From positions 124,001-188,000 of IMG/VR virus record IMGVR_UViG_3300044646_001937: a stretch of DNA of 64,000 nucleotides; one strand, written 5' to 3'. The notes beneath the pieces are model-generated. The model did no database searches. It saw only the letters and a program-made list of their open reading frames with translations, and was not told where the DNA came from. The translations under genes and the position numbers were made by a program. Positions 55,301 through 64,000 of this stretch are shown here, piece after piece; position 1 is the stretch's first letter; each line of letters starts with the position of its first letter.

Positions 55301-58300
55301 GGCCAATATAATAGCGCAAAGACCATACATGCTCGGAAATGTAAAAAATTACAATCAATCTACAGGCAGGCTTGAAATTGTTATTACAAGTATCACAACT
55401 TCACCAGTTTCTGGTGCACTTGATAATTTGAGTAGTTGGGAAATAACGCACGCGTTAAGGAAAAAAACATATATAGATAAATTTATTAGTATCCTATACG
55501 GTTACACTAATAATTATTTTAGCTCAGCGAGCAACACAAAAAGACCCACAATTTATGTTGGCAATCTTGCCGAAGCTCAGGCATACAGTATATGGTTACG
55601 TACCAGTAATACACTTTATGGTAAAGGTCCCATAATTAAGCTAAGCGGAACCACAACAGCCTTACCCAGTAGCCCGCCCACAGTTGATGTAAAGCTGACA
55701 ATAGCAGGATTTGATATAGATATTAGTCCAGGATTTGCGGAAAAAGCATGGATACAAGCGCCACAGGCAGCTATTCAAGGTTATGAATATGCAATAATAA
55801 GCGGAAACGTATGGTATGACGTTGATGTAACTCCAACATGGAACACATTAAACAATGGTGTAATTACGGGGTTGACTCAAAATGCCGAATACATGCTCAG
55901 TTTTAGATCTGTTTCGGCTAATGGAGCGGGTCCAGCTACAGTGCCTAAAGTGTATAAAACAGCCTCTTTGCCTCTTAAAATAACCAGTCTGACAGGATTC
56001 ATGCCTTTGATCGGTATTACCGAAATAGTTCTTCCTTCAGAAATAGTTTTATCGGCAATCCCCTACACTATTGAATATGAATTGGAGCAAGGGTATTACG
56101 ATAAATTAGGTAGATATATAGATGACCCTACTTTAGCTGGTAAAACCGGCATTTTAGCAGATAACTCGCTATTGAATCTGTACACAGATTTAACTGCAAC
56201 AGCAATATTCAATGAAACGCAAATTAACAGTATCCGCACGTATTTTGTAAAACTTAGATGTGTTAATGAGGTGGGACAAGGACCTTGGTCCGATACATTC
56301 ATATTATCAGTACTTTCACCAGAAATTAGACCTGTTAAAGTAAAGTGGTCTCCGGGTCCTTCATGCATACTTATTGATGAGATAGGTTTGATGGATACTG
56401 AGCTAAAGTTGAACTTAACTAGAGGTACAAGACCCGCAGAAATAAAGACACTTAATTCTGCGGTAAGATGGCAATACGCAAAAGTAGTAACCGTCGCCCC
56501 CAGAATACTTACAGACAACCGCATATATTACACAGGTAACGAGCAAAAATATACTGATGCAGGGCAAGAAGAGCCCGTCATTCATTTAAAAAATGCCCTA
56601 GCGGCAGTTGAGTGGCAGAATATCGTATCAAACACAATACCCATGGAAGACGAGCAAAGCGTTATACTACTCTTCAGAGCAGCTAACGCAGCCGGAGGTA
56701 TCGAGATGACTGATGTGTTAGGCTATGACGGCGCTTATAGTAGATTTACTTACAATCCCATAGAACCGTACGGATTTGCGTCAAAGTATTTTCAAGACGG
56801 TCCAGAGTTTGATACCTACCATAGAACTAAAAGCATTTATCAGTACGACACTGATCGCCCCAACCGTTGCTATGGAGCTTTATTTAAAAAAACCAGCTTC
56901 TCAGCAAACTGCCCATTACCACGACTTGCCTATAACAAGTATGGTAGATATATCAAATATCAAGAAGAGTTATTTTCACCTTTCTTTAACCTTGAAGAAA
57001 GGACAATTAAGACGCAACCATTTTTGGATTTTGAATTATCTTACGTTAAAAACTATGAGCAACTCGGAGGAATTAACGATACAGTATACACCTCTCCCAT
57101 GCTTACCTGTACAGAATTACCTTGCGAGCTAGGTGTAAGCTCATCTGTGCAGGTTAGTGCAGCAACTGAAGACATTTTGGCCCCCAATGATTTTGTTATT
57201 ATCACCGACTCATTAACTGGAGGGGTTGCTCACCGTTACGCATTAGCTTACGTTAAAAGCGTTGATGAAATTGACGAATCCAACAAAACTAAAAGCGGAT
57301 ATAAAATTTTCTGGCTCAATGAAGAGACGACTGCAGCAGCATTAGGTAGTGGGTTTATGTCACCATGGCCTGAAGGCTTACCCACATCAGTGTATAACGT
57401 TGTGGATAGCTCTTCATTCCGCCTACACACATTAAGTGAACTTCAGCCAAAATTTGCAAAAGATCCATGGACCATAACTTCAGGGTATCTCCCTGTATCT
57501 AACACACCAGGGATAATTGCCGCATTTAAAACTACATCTAATTTATTTTCAGGAGCATTACCTTTTCGTGATGCTGACGGTAAAGACTTTTGGAGCGTAA
57601 CATTAAACATGAGTATGACCAATTATTTTGAAAATACTTATGTAGGTATAAAAGTTTACAAATATAATAATAACCCAAACCAATATGCAACAAACACTTT
57701 AACTTTACTTGGAGAATCTAGGTTTTTCAGATCAGAAGAACCTGATATTAATGTTTTCGCGCAATACAACGCAGTGTTTTTTATACCTGAAGAAGGTATT
57801 ATTTTTGACATATATGACGAGATCTATCTTGAAATATTTGCATGCATTAAGCCAAACACACTTACACATCCCCCCGGTACATTAAGCACGCAACATACAG
57901 TTACAATTAAATTTGATAGCAGTTCTTATTTAAGTACAACGATACCTAAAGATTTTAAATACAGAGATCAAATGGTAACGTTCGACGTTTTAAGGATTGG
58001 TCGACTAATACCGTCTAATAGAGCATTTTATACACCTTCAGCAGGTGCCCGCTCATACATAAATAAGTACGCTGCGAGTGTAGGTTTTCTTATACAAGGA
58101 AACGTTAACTGGGCGTCTCTTCGACAAAGTCTTGAGCAGATGCTGCCTGTATATAGACCATATGATTTATTTCCAGCACAGTCACCCATAGCAATCGAGC
58201 AAGGCCTTGTCGGCGATTCTTGGTCTCAAGGAAATTCCTATGAGCTAGTGACTCTTGTACCTAGTAGGTATTACACTGACCCTTTAACTCCATCGATAGT

Positions 58301-61300
58301 TAATGGTTCAGTTTTTAAGGTAAATGGAAATACTCCGGCAGAGTACTCGTTATTCTCTGACGGGAAATTAACTAGTGTCCCTGCATTAAAAATAATTACA
58401 CCAATATCTACAGCTATAAGTGACAAGTATAGTGTATCGGAATGGTTGCACGGCTATCTAGAAAACAACACATTCAAAGGAGCATCTACGCGTACTGAAA
58501 AAGTTTATCGCGCTACGTACGTAGACCAATTTAATAATGTTACGGAAGAAGGCTATGATGGTATCCCTACATATAAATACGCTAAAGACGATGTAGTTAT
58601 ACATTATATTGATGTTTACGATACGCAAAATCAGCATTCAAGAGAATCAGTACTTTATAAGTCTAAAGTAGACAACAACGACAATCCTATATATGACACA
58701 GACTATTGGGAGCCTATAACATTACCAGGAGTCAGTAAAGTGGACGGTCAACATCCTATACTGCCTGTCCCAGTGATTACCTACTCAATACAACCACCTG
58801 ACCCACCTATAGTCGTAGACATTATTGAAGAGCATAACCGCATAGGTTTTGTAATTAAGCCCCCATATTTTAAAAAATATAAAAATAATTCAACCCAAAT
58901 AGATGACTTTTTGAGTGCGAATTATTATGACGGAGGAATGGCAAAAGACAGTCCACTGGTATTTAGAGCCAATAAATCAATAGGTCTCACAAATCACAAA
59001 TCACCAGAAGCTCAAGGAATAAGCCTTGAATCAATGCTGCCCACCCTGCGCTTTAAGTACCCCGCAGCAGGTATAAGCACTGTACAATTTAATAGAAATA
59101 ATTCAAGTACTTTATTTGCATTTGATAAATACATTGTAGCTGGAGATAACTTATATATAAATGCACCTGGCCAACTTCCAGCTTTATCTAAAGGCTATAC
59201 TATAAAAAGTATTAGTACGTTGCAGAACGGTTTGTGTGTAATTGAATATTATGATGATTTTGCCACGGCGGATAAAAGCTCTTTTGAATTTAACTTTATA
59301 TTTGGTGGAGGTCATAGCGTATATGTGACTCACAATCCTATAAATGACCACGTATTGGTGCCAGACACTACAAAATCAAGATATGAGACAAACACATATT
59401 GGTTAAATAACTGTCTTGAAGACGAAGAGTACCTCATAACTATAAGACTAGATAATGGCTGGAAACCTAAATTGCAAAAAATAGAAAACACCTACACTAA
59501 GGTATATAGAGTTAGAACAAAGAAAATAACGCCACCAGCGCCAGCAATTGATAGTATTCAATATGACGGTAGTGTATTTAAATTAAATTTTACTTACGGC
59601 AGCAGTCCTGTACCCTTGTATTACAATTGGCAAGAGTTGTCCGCTAACGATTATACAGAACTGTCGACCACTGTAAGACAATTACCATTCTACTACGGTA
59701 TTTCGTTTGCAACCGTAAACGAAACAGTTCTCGCAGGAGGGGAGGCAACCATCACAAGGACTAGGTACCGCACAGGATCCTTGGCCCCCATATACAAAGA
59801 TTATGCAACAAATTACTGGCAGCAGTTGCTGGATATGCGTCAGGACATTACATTTTCTGCATATAGATGGCCTACAGACGCAGAATTACAGGATATTGAA
59901 AGTCAATATAGTCCTGCCGTCTGGCCTACAGGTAAAGAAAGTTATTTGAATGATCGAGCTGATAAATGGTTTAGTAGATACAAAATACCTATAGATGCCT
60001 ACGCGAATAAATCTACGCCAGGCAGCGTGACTGATGTAAAATACTACACCCCAAATGCGTCATATCCTTATGATGAACAAGGGGTAATGGCGTTATCTAC
60101 ACAAACAGACATTTACTCAAGCAATCCTATGCTCTTGTCTCCTGTAGGTATTAAAAACGATCCTAGAGGGCGAGCGTATTTAACAGCATACCGAAGATAC
60201 TGGGATGATGAGAATTATAAAATTCCCTCTGACGCAATTAGCTCGCTATCTAGTAATACTGATACATTTGGAGAAAGACCCACACATATACCCATATATT
60301 CTCCAACAGGTAAGACATTGCGTGACGATAATAAAGTTTGCGGTTTATTGTACACTTCTGACGAGTATTTTAACAAACATCCCTATTATCAAGATTATGC
60401 CGATTCAATATACCTCTCAATATATAGGGCACCGTTTAGACGAAAAGCTGCCAACAATGCCGTAAATAACATACATGCAGATATAGATTCATCTGGGTAT
60501 AGCTACAGTCATATTAACTTTCCTGTACGCGCAACACTCGGAAGCTCAAAATATACTAACAATCAACAGATTACTTTAAACTCAAATGGTTTTTATAGTG
60601 TACCCTCGATTTCCTCGATCCCCAACTCAGATACTACATACTACAGCTCTTCCTATGTAGACACATATTTTGGTATACCTGCTGCGATTAATTATTTTTT
60701 AACTACAAACATTGAAGATTACATTCCGTTATATAGAGAAACAGCCGTGGTTAGATCAAATTTAAGTGAGGACCTACTGGAGTCTCAACGTGTACTAGCT
60801 GTAGTTAAATATGATAACTCTCCTTACACAGAAATTATATCCACAGCTTTTCCTGGGCTAGCCTTCAATAGACGTAAAGATTACGAAGCTTCAGAAATAG
60901 ATGTACCCATCACAGATAATTTAAATTTATTTTCAGAAATAGCTGCAAACTACTACACGGATTGGTTTGCAAATGACCTCTATGTACCACCCAAGAAAAA
61001 ATATTCAAACTTTGAAACCTTTTCTGCTATAGAGCAAGAGGAGTTTCACGCTGTGTCAGATTTTGCGGTACTTAAATCTTATAATAGAAATATTCCCACA
61101 TATGCAGTTTATGTCTGCCAGTCCCAGAATATTTGCTGTGTGATGTCTTCAGGCAATTTAAACGGTATAAGTAAGAACGAAAACGACAATCCGTCAGATA
61201 CCTTTTCGTCGCTGCTGCCTTTTGAGCATAGACCTTATATCAGTAATCAGACACCCTTTGTTGAGTGGGGATTTAGGCGTAACTACTTTCAAACTCTTGA

Positions 61301-63242
61301 CTATGGCTATAGTAAAAGCTTTCTTGACTACGACAGGTACGTTTGGCCCGTTCTATCTGAAGGAAATATCAAAGATCCCAATAGGACAGGAGCTGCTCCA
61401 ACATACCCAGCGTCACACATGTCACCCATCGAATTGTCAGGGGCATACGACGCATCATGGTCCGCCAGAAACACCATACAGCTAAACAAGAATATTTCAG
61501 GAGATATGGTTGGGGAAAACATTAAAAATTTAAAAATGTCTCAACCTACCCATGTAGCAATTGACGGGCAAGGTAACATATATATTTCTGATACTGGAAA
61601 TAAAAAGATTAAATTACTCACCAGATCAGAAACAATTAAAGACCCCAACCTGCACGAGAGTGATATTAAAAATTTAATTAATTATACTTCGGCAAGAACG
61701 ATAAGTACTTTAGATGAGTTTCCTGGACAGCTTGAAGTTAGTGACGACGGAAACACCATCACCTTCCTAGCTGGCGGAAAACTATACCGCAGAATCAAGG
61801 GTGTAAATTATTTAATTACAGGTGAAAATTTAAATACCACCAATAAAACACCTGCAAAAAATTATCAATGGCCTGTGTACAGTGCCGCATGGGGTAGGTC
61901 TCTACCGGAAGACTACGGTAAAGAATTTATATCTAGCTTTATTCAGACAACTAATGGAAGTACAATATTCTTCAGTAACGGTAGAGGCAAGGTTGTAAAA
62001 ATTAATTGCATGACTAATTTAGACAAAATTGCTTATGTAGAATACTCTTTTGACAACATAACATTTACGAAATATTCCGAAACCACAGGCATCCCAGTAC
62101 CTAATGTGCAGTTAGGTACAGCTATACCTATGTATTTTAGGACTGTGTCTACGGATAATGTACGAAGCACTACAGTACAATTAACTACAGATCCGTATTT
62201 AAAGGCAAACGAAAGTGTAGCCGTATCCTCAGTGACAGCGGCCCTGCAATTTAAAGCAACCGATTATTTTACGCATAAAGACGGGACTACACAACGCAGG
62301 GCAAGATATCTAGTTACACCACCATCAATAGTTACATCACTTTCCGAAGGGGAAAATTTTCCTAAAAATATAATAACGCTCGTGCAATCAACTAGAGTTA
62401 CATCTGTAAATAATAGCGCATTTGTTATCGCCGAAGCTAAACAAAGATTAAACTATGTACAAAAAATAATGCGGCTAAAATCTACTACAGCAGCAGATCT
62501 AGTTAAACTTAAAAAAGAAGAAGAGTTGGCTCTTAAATTAATTGCAAGCCCTTCACTGGATGTAAGAACCTCCGATGCATGGAGATTCAGAAATGTTTCT
62601 TCTGCCCCTATATCTGGAATTTCTAAATATGATTTCCTCGAAATGGATGTAACGATTAAATTTACGGCAAGCAGGAATACCGGTATCACCTCAATAAACC
62701 CAACGCCAATACCCTACACCGATTACATCGTAATCATCAAAAATATTACAAAGAATAGGGTTTTTGAAATAACAGGCGACGCAACTAAATATAAATATAT
62801 TAAATCAAAAGAAATAGATCCTGCGTCCGGGGTTATAACATACGTTGTCAGATTCTACAACGACACCTACGTTACCGAGAGTAATCCAAGATTTAAACAT
62901 TGGAGAACACGCCCGATATTCACAGATTCAGAGCCTCCAGCGTACGAGTACCATAGAGTGCCTAGACAATTAAAAAAATTCGGCAATTACACCAGTCCAA
63001 TAAATCTAGGCCAATCTTACATTAGACCGGCAGACGCAGCGCTTGATAGAGGTTGGTATTCTAATGAGTATGTGGAGTTTTCAGGTCCTGATTTTTCTAA
63101 AGGAGACACTTTAGAAATATATATTGTTCCGGACAAAACAAAATACTCTAAGCGAGCAAGTTACACACCATATACTATAACTATGAGTGACGCAACTAAC
63201 CTGCAGCTTACTGGAGCTAAAGGACAATCAGTGGTTTACTAG
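52392..63242 (+). CDS. Giant mosaic fibre/adhesin (3616 aa) with FN3-like, NHL-like and phage fibre repeat modules
   Basis: Degenerate FN3 units, an NHL-like QPTHVAIDGQGNIYISDTGNKKI, and repeated G.L.I.IT...SWEIT modules. Confidence 0.7.
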   Translation: MEKTSLIEYKLKSYLGGVLAKLKYVNSPLTPLTKVEYSFDGVTWTELSSQAFSNTIIAQDPVTPYIYTIERIFVPLAEYRDYLISFRLTNTVATGAQSIPGIGRRGGPPEALVVKPTLTRLPYMNRYTNVAFSVFSTLSSTVVGKMIVTFEYDPMLDGGSGSTPITDVLISLDSRQTWLQPDTLEVFKTTKQSNVVETYVAGDTNRTFSGIGTFVRVSYTLPQGGDFTYLQDSPIYYKTINFAGESPAIKIVTKLPLVIVTSPNNPDYPILNKIESSDWYFGSNQEVRRDLQVYLELPESTGFGEPYQLQSTQLLDLAELTPVSVTPPEGQQALKNIDLTVTTVGDTFRRGERLKIYSQANPSKIWFIAQVTSNSRVNPVLSLDILEKYAVTPYSISVNSFANGADEFHKNTPLWNIHNHPINYPLLDLYVGDQLRDDDVFVSGRTLSFFRKDISFNDIYFYATIISKDINIGKLTIKITSKSDCLQNNCHNNQSFLTSWEITPIMTSADTFPTEANDWVIEPLYPVLEARYNLAEASNPNSIIEKGTAGLTIIKDDNNIPTLGYFTIRGISDIETYALNMTYGPAGAEFLSRLSPTSTIQCSLLSIAQKVTFLPIRTYTEAVYTNEFVSWWYLSKLTPLVSQTEIKFKLPLAPNDNSTIAVAYRKIVRTEIENIEGITTPSSLYEGRVVGELNFVALQSTPTTDALREITFPIDEATHLNNEGRRVEISYEISFLKIIRNLTSNNEELLTELNKLKDKIPGDIVKTTISIPGAQPIDFVLGRELLNPTAIGLTLVYNDQLPGYEYLDFKDTQAQDITLKQTDFYRSTIEYSTNQGGSWRHVLKPGIPAYDEKFSQVNTTYYQNIGADIITFTEENYNVYPAGTLLSGETIQDYTYVVEALDAFSVRISKPQKASAFSPAVKSSVLAKYTGTSTTYTRFQKGTAIMYVDKYLDYTTDLPVKIANTTLTGAANIIAQRPYMLGNVKNYNQSTGRLEIVITSITTSPVSGALDNLSSWEITHALRKKTYIDKFISILYGYTNNYFSSASNTKRPTIYVGNLAEAQAYSIWLRTSNTLYGKGPIIKLSGTTTALPSSPPTVDVKLTIAGFDIDISPGFAEKAWIQAPQAAIQGYEYAIISGNVWYDVDVTPTWNTLNNGVITGLTQNAEYMLSFRSVSANGAGPATVPKVYKTASLPLKITSLTGFMPLIGITEIVLPSEIVLSAIPYTIEYELEQGYYDKLGRYIDDPTLAGKTGILADNSLLNLYTDLTATAIFNETQINSIRTYFVKLRCVNEVGQGPWSDTFILSVLSPEIRPVKVKWSPGPSCILIDEIGLMDTELKLNLTRGTRPAEIKTLNSAVRWQYAKVVTVAPRILTDNRIYYTGNEQKYTDAGQEEPVIHLKNALAAVEWQNIVSNTIPMEDEQSVILLFRAANAAGGIEMTDVLGYDGAYSRFTYNPIEPYGFASKYFQDGPEFDTYHRTKSIYQYDTDRPNRCYGALFKKTSFSANCPLPRLAYNKYGRYIKYQEELFSPFFNLEERTIKTQPFLDFELSYVKNYEQLGGINDTVYTSPMLTCTELPCELGVSSSVQVSAATEDILAPNDFVIITDSLTGGVAHRYALAYVKSVDEIDESNKTKSGYKIFWLNEETTAAALGSGFMSPWPEGLPTSVYNVVDSSSFRLHTLSELQPKFAKDPWTITSGYLPVSNTPGIIAAFKTTSNLFSGALPFRDADGKDFWSVTLNMSMTNYFENTYVGIKVYKYNNNPNQYATNTLTLLGESRFFRSEEPDINVFAQYNAVFFIPEEGIIFDIYDEIYLEIFACIKPNTLTHPPGTLSTQHTVTIKFDSSSYLSTTIPKDFKYRDQMVTFDVLRIGRLIPSNRAFYTPSAGARSYINKYAASVGFLIQGNVNWASLRQSLEQMLPVYRPYDLFPAQSPIAIEQGLVGDSWSQGNSYELVTLVPSRYYTDPLTPSIVNGSVFKVNGNTPAEYSLFSDGKLTSVPALKIITPISTAISDKYSVSEWLHGYLENNTFKGASTRTEKVYRATYVDQFNNVTEEGYDGIPTYKYAKDDVVIHYIDVYDTQNQHSRESVLYKSKVDNNDNPIYDTDYWEPITLPGVSKVDGQHPILPVPVITYSIQPPDPPIVVDIIEEHNRIGFVIKPPYFKKYKNNSTQIDDFLSANYYDGGMAKDSPLVFRANKSIGLTNHKSPEAQGISLESMLPTLRFKYPAAGISTVQFNRNNSSTLFAFDKYIVAGDNLYINAPGQLPALSKGYTIKSISTLQNGLCVIEYYDDFATADKSSFEFNFIFGGGHSVYVTHNPINDHVLVPDTTKSRYETNTYWLNNCLEDEEYLITIRLDNGWKPKLQKIENTYTKVYRVRTKKITPPAPAIDSIQYDGSVFKLNFTYGSSPVPLYYNWQELSANDYTELSTTVRQLPFYYGISFATVNETVLAGGEATITRTRYRTGSLAPIYKDYATNYWQQLLDMRQDITFSAYRWPTDAELQDIESQYSPAVWPTGKESYLNDRADKWFSRYKIPIDAYANKSTPGSVTDVKYYTPNASYPYDEQGVMALSTQTDIYSSNPMLLSPVGIKNDPRGRAYLTAYRRYWDDENYKIPSDAISSLSSNTDTFGERPTHIPIYSPTGKTLRDDNKVCGLLYTSDEYFNKHPYYQDYADSIYLSIYRAPFRRKAANNAVNNIHADIDSSGYSYSHINFPVRATLGSSKYTNNQQITLNSNGFYSVPSISSIPNSDTTYYSSSYVDTYFGIPAAINYFLTTNIEDYIPLYRETAVVRSNLSEDLLESQRVLAVVKYDNSPYTEIISTAFPGLAFNRRKDYEASEIDVPITDNLNLFSEIAANYYTDWFANDLYVPPKKKYSNFETFSAIEQEEFHAVSDFAVLKSYNRNIPTYAVYVCQSQNICCVMSSGNLNGISKNENDNPSDTFSSLLPFEHRPYISNQTPFVEWGFRRNYFQTLDYGYSKSFLDYDRYVWPVLSEGNIKDPNRTGAAPTYPASHMSPIELSGAYDASWSARNTIQLNKNISGDMVGENIKNLKMSQPTHVAIDGQGNIYISDTGNKKIKLLTRSETIKDPNLHESDIKNLINYTSARTISTLDEFPGQLEVSDDGNTITFLAGGKLYRRIKGVNYLITGENLNTTNKTPAKNYQWPVYSAAWGRSLPEDYGKEFISSFIQTTNGSTIFFSNGRGKVVKINCMTNLDKIAYVEYSFDNITFTKYSETTGIPVPNVQLGTAIPMYFRTVSTDNVRSTTVQLTTDPYLKANESVAVSSVTAALQFKATDYFTHKDGTTQRRARYLVTPPSIVTSLSEGENFPKNIITLVQSTRVTSVNNSAFVIAEAKQRLNYVQKIMRLKSTTAADLVKLKKEEELALKLIASPSLDVRTSDAWRFRNVSSAPISGISKYDFLEMDVTIKFTASRNTGITSINPTPIPYTDYIVIIKNITKNRVFEITGDATKYKYIKSKEIDPASGVITYVVRFYNDTYVTESNPRFKHWRTRPIFTDSEPPAYEYHRVPRQLKKFGNYTSPINLGQSYIRPADAALDRGWYSNEYVEFSGPDFSKGDTLEIYIVPDKTKYSKRASYTPYTITMSDATNLQLTGAKGQSVVY

Positions 63243-63276
63243 TATTATTTATTCATGTTTTAATTTAGAGTATTGC

Positions 63277-63285
63277 TGATATAAT
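63277..63285 (+). promoter_or_regulatory. Extended -10 promoter TGaTATAAT, probably giving a leaderless transcript
   Basis: Ends 7 nt before the ATG at 63293. Confidence 0.5.
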
Positions 63286-63292
63286 TTAATCT

Positions 63293-64000
63293 ATGTCGAT
63301 AGTCGCCTTAACTCACAACAATAAAAACCAGTACAGGAAGTATCCATTCAAACAAGGAGCTTCACTTAAAACTGTACAAGGGCGCACATTATCGGATGCA
63401 GTAATTGTCAACATATCTCTCACAAGCACTTACGGAAGACACAGGGTTTATGTAAAACAAGTTTTTTACAAAGACAGCACCATGACTGTAACAATAGCTT
63501 CAGTCTTTGATGATACTGTGTTAGGGGCATTTTACGGGGACGTTACAGAAGATTTTACAACATTATCGCTAATACCCTTTGTAAGGTTTGTCAGCGGGAA
63601 TATCACACTAGGATCATTAAACGCACTAGATTCAATTACTGCGATATTGAATTTTACAGCAGCCAATAGTGAATTGGAAGAATCTACGATATTTTGCTAT
63701 AAGGTACCAGGAGTAACCAGTATAAATGACTCAAAGAAAAACCAGGTTAGAGGTAATGTTAATTTCGGTAATTTGACAAATCTAGATAAAGCAACTTCAA
63801 CTGGTAGCGTGCTGTTTACTGTGGTAAACACCACAAGTATTCAAAACACTTCAGATAGGTCTTCTTATTTTGGAAACTGTGCCACGCCAATAATAAAAAC
63901 AATTAACGGCGTCTACCCTATGAGCGCTGTAGAAAACACCCCTACAGACAACGATGGCAATCTGTATCTTGTAGGAGTGAAGCCTGTAGTTTTTTATGGT
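63293..64000 (+). CDS. Structural protein, paralogue of 39361 (3' end outside the window)
   Basis: Not in the ORF track. Open from the ATG at 63293 to the window end: MSIVALTHNNKNQYRKYPFKQG...CATPIIKTINGVYP...GNLYLVG. Confidence 0.75.
   Translation, partial: MSIVALTHNNKNQYRKYPFKQGASLKTVQGRTLSDAVIVNISLTSTYGRHRVYVKQVFYKDSTMTVTIASVFDDTVLGAFYGDVTEDFTTLSLIPFVRFVSGNITLGSLNALDSITAILNFTAANSELEESTIFCYKVPGVTSINDSKKNQVRGNVNFGNLTNLDKATSTGSVLFTVVNTTSIQNTSDRSSYFGNCATPIIKTINGVYPMSAVENTPTDNDGNLYLVGVKPVVFYG

Noticed and set aside
40264-63242. Diversity-generating retroelement target or CRISPR-like array in the fibre region
   Set aside because: I saw no reverse transcriptase, no near-identical nucleotide repeat pair differing at adenines, and no regularly spaced DNA repeats. 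The repeats are degenerate and at protein level only.
17149-63243. Possible TAG reassignment or readthrough, since several TAG stops are in frame with the next gene (25151, 39351, 40239, 46977)
   Set aside because: Long genes have no internal TAG, and TAA stops often intervene. Every TAG is followed by T, which fits efficient termination context rather than recoding.
1300-63295. Frequent TATG at gene starts resembling the phiKZ late promoter motif
   Set aside because: It always coincides with the start codon, including in tightly coupled internal genes, so a translation-initiation preference explains it better.
1-64000. Interpretation as a bacterial contractile injection system or a chromosomal rpoC locus
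   Set aside because: Capsid, protease and scaffold genes are present, the RNAP subunit is highly divergent, and no ribosomal or housekeeping neighbours are seen. This indicates a phage genome.

Overview
This window is one continuous plus-strand virion morphogenesis region of a large, probably jumbo, myovirus-type tailed phage. It uses the standard genetic code and is AT-rich. In order it contains: (1) the 5'-truncated C-terminal part of a phage-encoded multisubunit RNA polymerase beta-prime subunit; (2) a ~14 kb head module with several unknown acidic or glycine-zipper proteins, a zinc-finger prohead protease, scaffold-like proteins, a decoration protein and an HK97-type major capsid protein; (3) neck genes, tail sheath, tail tube, a gp5/VgrG-like spike, a G/GT chaperone pair with a -1 slippery site and the tape measure; (4) a baseplate module with a sigma70-family gene embedded in it; (5) ~23 kb of three giant Ig/FN3 fibre proteins. 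I saw no terminase, clear portal, lysis gene, tRNA, CRISPR array or mobile element. The strongest candidate for an undescribed system is a head-cargo 'address and processing code'. K-x-A motifs are dense in the head-module proteins and are the predicted protease cleavage sites. A ~30-aa leader module ([YF]xxG[FL]xxxAxxxG..KxA) is shared by otherwise unrelated proteins. Several predicted cargo segments are membrane-active glycine zippers. Alongside this are a phage RNAP subunit and a sigma factor encoded among virion genes, while the late genes carry host-type sigma70 promoters and lack Shine-Dalgarno sites. All product calls come from motif recognition and synteny by eye, not database searches.
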